Below the pieces are notes generated by a model. The model was not told the DNA's origin, did no database searches, and worked only from the letters and a program-made list of their open reading frames with translations. A DNA stretch of 64,000 nucleotides from an uncultured Gemmatimonadales bacterium (GTDB lineage: Bacteria > Gemmatimonadota > Gemmatimonadetes > Longimicrobiales > RSA9), in assembly GCA_963741945.1 (NCBI GenBank), contig CAVUKA010000004.1:253500-317499 (forward strand), written 5' to 3'. Position 1 is the stretch's first letter. Every line of letters starts with the position of its first letter. Positions 57,726-64,000 of the stretch are shown piece by piece. The position numbers and the translations under genes were made by a program.

Positions 57726-58907
57726 TCAGTCCCTCAACGCCAAAGGCTGCATTATCTCCAGCAGGCGGTCCACGGTCCGAAACCAGGTCCAATGCCGGAG
57801 CACTGCCGCCCGCCCGGCGGCTCCCATGGCGTCGGCCTCGCCCGGGTGCTCAAGGAACCATTGTATGCGTTCCCCCATGCAGTGCGCATCCCGTGCGACC
57901 AACCAGCCCGTGCGGCCCTCGCTGACGGTCTCCCGGAGTCCCCCTTCTCTCACGGCCACAACCGGTGTGCCGCAACTCATCGCCTCAATGGGAACGAGGC
58001 CGAACGGCTCGCGGCGCGCTGCGCAGACGACTGCTGCCGCGCGGCCATACAGAACCCGGATCTCGGACTCCGAAACTCCCTCGCGCAGGTCGAGCTCCAC
58101 TCCCCTACGCTCCGCCCGCTCGCGGATCGCGGCGCGATCCGCGAGACGAGCCCGATCGGCAACGATGATGAGGTGCGGGCGCGCGTCCCGGGGGATCGCA
58201 GCCACTGCGTCTACGATCAGGTCCATCCCCTTGAGGGGGTGGAGCGCTCCGACGCTCAGGACGTAACGGCCCCTTTCGCCGGGGACAGGGGCGAAAGCGG
58301 ACGAGTCGACGCCAGGGTATACCACGACAGCATCTCGTCCGTATACCTGGCGCACCCGCCCTGCGGTGTACGCCGAGTTGGCAACCAGGACGTCGGCAGC
58401 CCGGGCATTCCGCCGATCTACGCGCCCAAGGGTCGCCCGGATCGCGAGCCGCACCGGCAGGACTGCGATGTTCGGCTCGTACGCTGCCCGGAGGACTTCC
58501 TGACAGTAGTAGACCGTGGGCGTCTTCGCGCATCGCAGTAGGTGCGACGCTTGCGTGAATTGGCTCGGATGCACAAGGAGGACGTCGTAGCCCCCAGCGT
58601 CGACGGCGCGAGAGATCTCTTTCGCAGCTCTGATGAGGCCACGGTATACTCGGGTCCATATCAAAATGTCTTCGAGGGTGGGCCGCCCCGCCAGGATCCG
58701 CTCGCGGTCAGGCGGCTCGGGCATGGGGAAGCGAGTGATACTGGATACAACGGCGGCGATCGGGAGAAAGCGCTCATCAGAAGTGGCCGGAAGAAAAGCG
58801 TCCACAATGTGGCCGCGGGCGGTCAGCTCACGGGCTTGTGCGTACACCGTTCGCTTGGCGCCGCCCGAAGGGAGGTCATGGAACAGGGCAATGCGGAGTG
58901 CGCTCAT
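57726..58907 (-). CDS. Glycosyltransferase family 4
   Basis: GGAKR, KG and EPFGLVPIEAMSCGTPVV motifs. Confidence 0.92.
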   Translation of the reverse strand: MSALRIALFHDLPSGGAKRTVYAQARELTARGHIVDAFLPATSDERFLPIAAVVSSITRFPMPEPPDRERILAGRPTLEDILIWTRVYRGLIRAAKEISRAVDAGGYDVLLVHPSQFTQASHLLRCAKTPTVYYCQEVLRAAYEPNIAVLPVRLAIRATLGRVDRRNARAADVLVANSAYTAGRVRQVYGRDAVVVYPGVDSSAFAPVPGERGRYVLSVGALHPLKGMDLIVDAVAAIPRDARPHLIIVADRARLADRAAIRERAERRGVELDLREGVSESEIRVLYGRAAAVVCAARREPFGLVPIEAMSCGTPVVAVREGGLRETVSEGRTGWLVARDAHCMGERIQWFLEHPGEADAMGAAGRAAVLRHWTWFRTVDRLLEIMQPLALRD

Positions 58908-58949
58908 ATGTTGTCGCTTCTTGCACGCGGCCGGCGTTGGAGGTACTTG

Positions 58950-59843
58950 TTGGGCAATGTGACAGTTTCAACCACCTGTGTCGTTCTTCTCAACCACAAC
59001 GGCTGGCGAGACACGCTGCCGTGTCTGTTCGCGCTGCGCGAGTTGGAGGGGCAGCATCCACAGGTAATCGTGGTGGATAATGGTTCCGAAGACGGCTCTG
59101 TCGATCGTATCCGGGAAGCGGAGCCCGGGTGTACGCTGCTGATAGCTGGCCAAAACCTTGGCTTTGCGGCGGGCGCGAACCTTGGAATCGAGCGTGCTCT
59201 CGCCGCGGGCGCCGATTTCGTGTGGCTGCTCAACAACGACACGGTGCCCGGGCCGAACTCGCTGAGCGCGCTCCTGCAGGCGATGGCTAGCGATCCGAGC
59301 CTTGGGATGGTCGGCTCGAATCTCCGCTATGCCCATGACCCCGCCATGCCGCAGGCCCTGGGTGGTGGCTACATTCGCTGGTGGCTCGGGGTGCCGCAGG
59401 CCGTCCGCCGCCAGCGCCAACTCTCCAAGCTCGAATACGTCAACGGAGCGAGCATGCTCGTTCGGGCCGCCGTGTTCGAAGAGGTCGGCTTGTTCGACGA
59501 ATGCTTCTTTCTGTATTGGGAAGATGTCGACCTTTGTCGACGCGCCCAACACGCAGGCTGGCGGCTGGGGGCTGCGCTCGACAGCGTGGTCCTCCATAAG
59601 GAGGGCGGTACTGCCCGGAGAGGGGCGTTGCGTAACAGCCTCTTCATGGACGTCCACCACCTCCGTTCCCTCTCCTGCTTCATGCGGAAGCATTACCGCG
59701 CCTGGCCGTTTCCACTTCTGGTCCGCGGCCTCCTTGAGGTTCCGAATCAGATCCGGTATGGCACCCCGGGTCGGCTGCCGGCCATGTGGCGGGCCATGTT
59801 GGAGGGGGCGACGCGGCGTTCCTGGAGAACGGGCGTCCAGTGA
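58950..59843 (+). CDS. Glycosyltransferase family 2 (WbbL-like; start 58947-58959)
   Basis: VVDNGS, NLGFA, LLNND and FFLYWEDVDL motifs; GGAGG RBS. Confidence 0.9.
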   Translation: MGNVTVSTTCVVLLNHNGWRDTLPCLFALRELEGQHPQVIVVDNGSEDGSVDRIREAEPGCTLLIAGQNLGFAAGANLGIERALAAGADFVWLLNNDTVPGPNSLSALLQAMASDPSLGMVGSNLRYAHDPAMPQALGGGYIRWWLGVPQAVRRQRQLSKLEYVNGASMLVRAAVFEEVGLFDECFFLYWEDVDLCRRAQHAGWRLGAALDSVVLHKEGGTARRGALRNSLFMDVHHLRSLSCFMRKHYRAWPFPLLVRGLLEVPNQIRYGTPGRLPAMWRAMLEGATRRSWRTGVQ

Positions 59844-59887
59844 GGCCGCCCAGACCGACCGAGGCGCTGTGCCTAGACGAAGGTCCC

Positions 59888-61813
59888 TCACCTGCTTCGC
59901 CACCAGAAAGGCAATAGCACCGCCCGCAGGCCGCGCCGGGGAATTCCGGCAGGATCCGTCCCCAATGCCCGGACCAGATCGACGAGGGCGGCGCTCACAC
60001 GAAACCGGGCAGCCTTACGAACCGCTCGCCGGATGAGACAGAACACGAGATAATCGGTGAGGCGGCGTCGGTGAGTGCGTAACGCTTGCAATGCTGCGCG
60101 GCGGTGTGCCGGAATGATTGCATAGGCCCGATCCAGCACGCGGATGGTCCAGCGAATCTGACGTACCTCGTCACTAGCCAGGCTCCCCGGGCGGGCGCCA
60201 TAGAGGACGTGGCTCCCGGGTGTATGAAGAAACCGATGTCCCCGCGCAGCCATGCGTAGCCAGAGATCGTAGTCTTCGGCTCCTCCAAGTTCTCGGGCAA
60301 AGCCACCAGCCTCGAGAGCCGCTCTCTTGCTCATCAGGGCGGCGTGAACCGCGATGAAGTTACCACGGCATAAGGCGTCCAGAAGGTCGCCCGATCGTTT
60401 CGCCGGGCCCGTGGGCACTCCCCACCGGGCGCGTGCGGGCGGCGCGGGCGTGAACGAGTATTCGCAATAGGCAATGTCGAATTGCGGGTGCTCCGCCAGC
60501 GCAGCCATCTGCGCCGCGACCTTGTTCGGATCGAGGCGATCGTCGGCGTCCAAGAACTGTATCCACTCGCCGCGAGCCGCCCGCAGCCCGGCATTCCTTG
60601 CGGCCGCGAGCCCCCCGTTGTTCTGCCTGATAAGACGAATGTCCCCGCCAAAGCGCTCCTGTAGGAGTCCGGCTGTCCCGTCTGTCGAGCCGTCGTCTAC
60701 TACGATGACTTCAATGTGGGGGTAGGTCTGAGAAAGCGCGCTCGACACTGCCTCCACAATCCATTCGCGGTCCTGATATGTTGGAATGACCACGCTGACC
60801 AGATGATCAATCAACGTAGATGATGCGAGGTCACGCCAGTCGCATTGCCCTGCCTCTGTATCGATGCGGGCCGCCCTCTGAGCGCGGCGGGTCAGGTGCT
60901 GGCTCAGGAGCGTGTAGTTGCTGGGGAATGCGGCCATAGCGCTCGCGGCGAGAAGGTGGCGCGGACGGCGCGTGGGGGCGCGCAGGGCCCGGGTCGCGAG
61001 CTGTCTACCGTTCGCAGTTTCTCCCGCGCGGAGGAGCAGTCGCGCCAGCGAGAGAAGCATGTCGCCGAACTCCGCACTCGTGAGCTGATCGCCGGGGCTT
61101 GCGCCGCGCACGCCCCGCAGGGGCGGGGCGTACTTCTCCGACAGGGTCAAAGCGGCCCGGCGGAGCGCCGCTGCGTCCCTGGAGATGCTGTTGGGAGACA
61201 GGTGGACCCGCGCCAAAACGTGCGGAAGGTGGACGAAAGACGTGCGTTTGGAGAGGCGAATCCAGAGGTCCCAATCCTGAAGTCGGGGGAGCCACTCATC
61301 AAAACCACCGACAGCCTGAAAAATGGTCCGCCGAACCACAGTGGCCGAGAGCCCGAGGACGTTGCCGCGCAACAGGGTGCGGGTAGGGAGCTCCTGTCCC
61401 AGGTCGACCGTTCCAGCCACGTAAGCGGTGCCATCCGCGGCCACTTCAGCGAAGGCGCAAGTCCCGACGCCAGCTCCCGTTTCCCGCACCGCGATAACCT
61501 GCTGGAACAGCTTTCCCGGCAGCCATTCGTCGTCGTCGTCAAGGAAAGCCAGGAAGTCGCCCTTCGCCTCTGCAGCGGCATGGTTGCGGGCGACCGCCGC
61601 TCCAGCAGCCGAGCCATGTCGCAGGATGCGGATCCTGGCGTCGGCGGCAGCAGCGGTATCCAAGTATTCGCGGGTGCCGTCCCCAGATGCGTCGTCGACA
61701 ACGAGTACCTCCATGGGAACGCCGCGCTGCGCGAGTGCGCTGGCCAGAGCCCGCTCCAGCAATTTTACCCGGTTTCGAGTGGGGATGATGACCGACACGG
61801 CGGGGCCGCTCAT
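59888..61813 (-). CDS. Tandem two-domain glycosyltransferase family 2
   Basis: Two copies of VSV.IPT...VVDD.S.D...ARN...FLD.DD...D.DLW. Confidence 0.9.
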   Translation of the reverse strand: MSGPAVSVIIPTRNRVKLLERALASALAQRGVPMEVLVVDDASGDGTREYLDTAAAADARIRILRHGSAAGAAVARNHAAAEAKGDFLAFLDDDDEWLPGKLFQQVIAVRETGAGVGTCAFAEVAADGTAYVAGTVDLGQELPTRTLLRGNVLGLSATVVRRTIFQAVGGFDEWLPRLQDWDLWIRLSKRTSFVHLPHVLARVHLSPNSISRDAAALRRAALTLSEKYAPPLRGVRGASPGDQLTSAEFGDMLLSLARLLLRAGETANGRQLATRALRAPTRRPRHLLAASAMAAFPSNYTLLSQHLTRRAQRAARIDTEAGQCDWRDLASSTLIDHLVSVVIPTYQDREWIVEAVSSALSQTYPHIEVIVVDDGSTDGTAGLLQERFGGDIRLIRQNNGGLAAARNAGLRAARGEWIQFLDADDRLDPNKVAAQMAALAEHPQFDIAYCEYSFTPAPPARARWGVPTGPAKRSGDLLDALCRGNFIAVHAALMSKRAALEAGGFARELGGAEDYDLWLRMAARGHRFLHTPGSHVLYGARPGSLASDEVRQIRWTIRVLDRAYAIIPAHRRAALQALRTHRRRLTDYLVFCLIRRAVRKAARFRVSAALVDLVRALGTDPAGIPRRGLRAVLLPFWWRSR

Positions 61814-61868
61814 TCCCCCGAGATCCCGGCTAGCGGGTCAACGGCGGACCTGAAGCTCGACTCCCTTT

Positions 61869-63323
61869 TCACCCCTCGACCACTCCACGGGCGGCATCAA
61901 TGAACCGCGGCTCGAAACGCGCCAAGAGGGCGAGGTAGGCGGCAATGAAGACGAAGGCGGCGACGCTGTCCGTGTGCCAACCGTCGTTTCCCACTGCGAG
62001 CGCGACTCCGCCCGCTATTCCCGCCGCGGCGCCCAGAAGCAGCGGGCGCACAGCTGTCCTGAGAAATCTGAGGTCTCCCAAAACGTCACGGATCAGGGGA
62101 AATCGAACCATCGGTCCCATGACGGCAAGCTGGAGAATCGAGAACAATGCCCCCCCATAAAGTCCAAAATGCCAGATCAACGCAGGAGCGGTCAGGGCAA
62201 GGAACAACACGCTGAGCAGCGACGTGCCGAGGATGTAGCGGGTGCGGCCGTTCAGGATCGCAAGCGCCTGCCAGTGAAAGCCACTGACGCCTCGGATTAT
62301 GAAAGCTGCAGCGAAGATCCGGACGAGTGGCACCACGGGGACCCATTCTGGGCCATAAAGGAGAAGCACCAGCGGCCTGGCAAGCAATATGATCCCGCCC
62401 CCCAGGCCGACGACGAGGATGGCCACGTAGGCCGAAAACTCCGCAAAGACTTCTTTCACTGCACCAGGTGTGTCGCGGAGGTCGGCCATCACGGAAATGG
62501 CCAAGCGGCCAATCACGTCGACAAGGGCGAGCAGTTGGGCCGGTACATAGAACGCGATCGTATAGAGACCGAGCCGGCGATCGTCCGTGAAGTAGCGAAC
62601 GAGGAGGTCGTCTCCCTGGGCTACCAAGAAGCCGAGGAACCCGGCGGCGAGCAGAGGAAGGGCAAAGATCGAGGCGCTGCGCAGTTCCGGAGGTTCGAGT
62701 GACAATCGCGGCCGGTATGGCGCCGTGACCCAGGCTACGATGCTCGCAGCCGCGGTCGCTCCGACTTGCGCCGCCACCAAAGTGGAGAGGTGCGCTCGTC
62801 CGGCCAGTGCTCCGGCAACCGCCAGGACACTGAAGAGAAGGGGCGTTAGCATGGCCGGGATGTTGGCACGGCCGAGCCGGAGCTGGCGTTCCCAGAGGAC
62901 CGCAGGCAGCAAGGTGGCGGGGGCGACGAGCGTCAGCGCGAGTATGCGCAGCGGCGCCACACGCGCTTCGACGCGGAAGGTCGTCAGCACCCACGGGGCG
63001 ATGGCCCAAAGCAAGCCCACCGCGACCAGCGCGGTCGCGAGAGACAGCGTGAACGCCGTGTCGGTTCGTCGCTGCACCTGCCGCAAGTCCGACTGCAGCA
63101 GATAGCGATCAAGGCCAGGCGAGAACGCAGTCCCGACGCCGTTCACGATCAGCAGCAGTAACGCCAGGCCTCCCAATGCCTCAGGCCCATACAGCCGCGC
63201 CACGACAACCGTCTGAATAAGCAACAGAAGCTTGGTCGCGACTTGAATGACCAGGCGTTGTGCCACGAGCCGAGGCCGTCTGGTAGATTTCGCCTCCATC
63301 GAGGGAGCCACGCCCACTCCCAT
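61869..63323 (-). CDS. Polysaccharide flippase (Wzx/PST family)
   Basis: Many TM helices; VARLYGPEALG and LGLYTIA motifs; TGATG coupling to the upstream gene. Confidence 0.85.
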   Translation of the reverse strand: MGVGVAPSMEAKSTRRPRLVAQRLVIQVATKLLLLIQTVVVARLYGPEALGGLALLLLIVNGVGTAFSPGLDRYLLQSDLRQVQRRTDTAFTLSLATALVAVGLLWAIAPWVLTTFRVEARVAPLRILALTLVAPATLLPAVLWERQLRLGRANIPAMLTPLLFSVLAVAGALAGRAHLSTLVAAQVGATAAASIVAWVTAPYRPRLSLEPPELRSASIFALPLLAAGFLGFLVAQGDDLLVRYFTDDRRLGLYTIAFYVPAQLLALVDVIGRLAISVMADLRDTPGAVKEVFAEFSAYVAILVVGLGGGIILLARPLVLLLYGPEWVPVVPLVRIFAAAFIIRGVSGFHWQALAILNGRTRYILGTSLLSVLFLALTAPALIWHFGLYGGALFSILQLAVMGPMVRFPLIRDVLGDLRFLRTAVRPLLLGAAAGIAGGVALAVGNDGWHTDSVAAFVFIAAYLALLARFEPRFIDAARGVVEG

Positions 63324-63991
63324 CACCGGCGGCGATCTCGCAACTCGAAGAAGTGATGGTACGGGTTGTCGAACATTCGAAAATCGCGGGTGACGACGAG
63401 ATCCGCTTCCTGTATTGCGTGCAGTAGGCGAGAGACCGGGTATTCCGCGAGCCCCAGCTCCCAGTAATGCTGACCAGGCTCGGTCAGCCGGGACGCCCTG
63501 CGCCACGGATGCGGGACCAGGAACCGACGCTCCCCCAACAGGGGAATCGGAACGAGTGCCCGCAAATATGGCCTCACGTCTGGAACGCTGATCACCGCAC
63601 CACGGCGAGTAATGCGGGCGATCTCCTTCAGGCCCTCCGCAGCCACAGAGAAAGGCACGTGCTCCAAGACCTCGGCACAAAGGACGACATCCACCGCTTT
63701 GTCCGCAATCGGTAGCTGACTGAGGCCCCCGACCACATTTGGGCTGAGAGCAAGATCGCGGTCCACGTTGAAGACCTTTCGGACCCTGCGAGCCAAATAG
63801 TCGGAGACGAAGCGATTGCCGATACCAATTTCGAATACTGAATCAGGGCGGAGATCGAGGACCGATTCGATCTGTTGCCAGTAGCTCGCGAACCGCTCGC
63901 GCGAATCGTACTGTGGCATCCAATAATGCTTGGCGTCGACCTGGATCTCCCCCGCCCCATAGGCGGGTTCCGCCGGGGTCGCATGGCTCAT
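63323..63991 (-). CDS. Class I SAM-dependent methyltransferase
   Basis: FEIGIG motif I; LP...DVVLCAEVLEHVP. Confidence 0.85.
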   Translation of the reverse strand: MSHATPAEPAYGAGEIQVDAKHYWMPQYDSRERFASYWQQIESVLDLRPDSVFEIGIGNRFVSDYLARRVRKVFNVDRDLALSPNVVGGLSQLPIADKAVDVVLCAEVLEHVPFSVAAEGLKEIARITRRGAVISVPDVRPYLRALVPIPLLGERRFLVPHPWRRASRLTEPGQHYWELGLAEYPVSRLLHAIQEADLVVTRDFRMFDNPYHHFFELRDRRR

Positions 63992-64000
63992 TCCCCGAAA

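Noticed and set aside
1-64000. CRISPR arrays, IS elements, prophage genes, rRNA
   Set aside because: No spaced direct repeats, transposase, integrase, phage structural or rRNA signatures were seen.

Overview
GC-rich (roughly 70% by eye) bacterial chromosomal segment spanning the replication origin. It contains dnaN-oriC-dnaA, the divergent rpmH-rnpA-yidD-yidC operon, two parS sites, parA-parB-M23 peptidase-bactofilin, and a second DnaA-box cluster. The RpmH N-terminus (MGKPTY) and gene content suggest Gemmatimonadota; this is an inference. Most genes are housekeeping or envelope genes (pfkA, GyrA/ParC, proline dehydrogenase, uppP, dsbD, dinB, fhs, pyrE, secreted peptidases), and a lower-GC polysaccharide locus lies at the right end. 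Standout observations: (1) a coupled three-gene module next to tRNA-Asn, encoding a type IIG-like N6-adenine methyltransferase with an apparently dead nuclease domain, a small PLD-fold protein lacking the HKD motif, and an SNF2 helicase; (2) an Rdx/SelW-family selenoprotein (CxxU, in-frame UGA plus SECIS-like hairpin) missed by the ORF track; (3) a MASE2 histidine kinase/partner-switching operon with an embedded patatin; (4) an oriC with two converging DnaA-box + DnaA-trio modules; (5) four single-base frameshifts, most likely assembly errors. All family calls are from motif recognition only; no searches were run.
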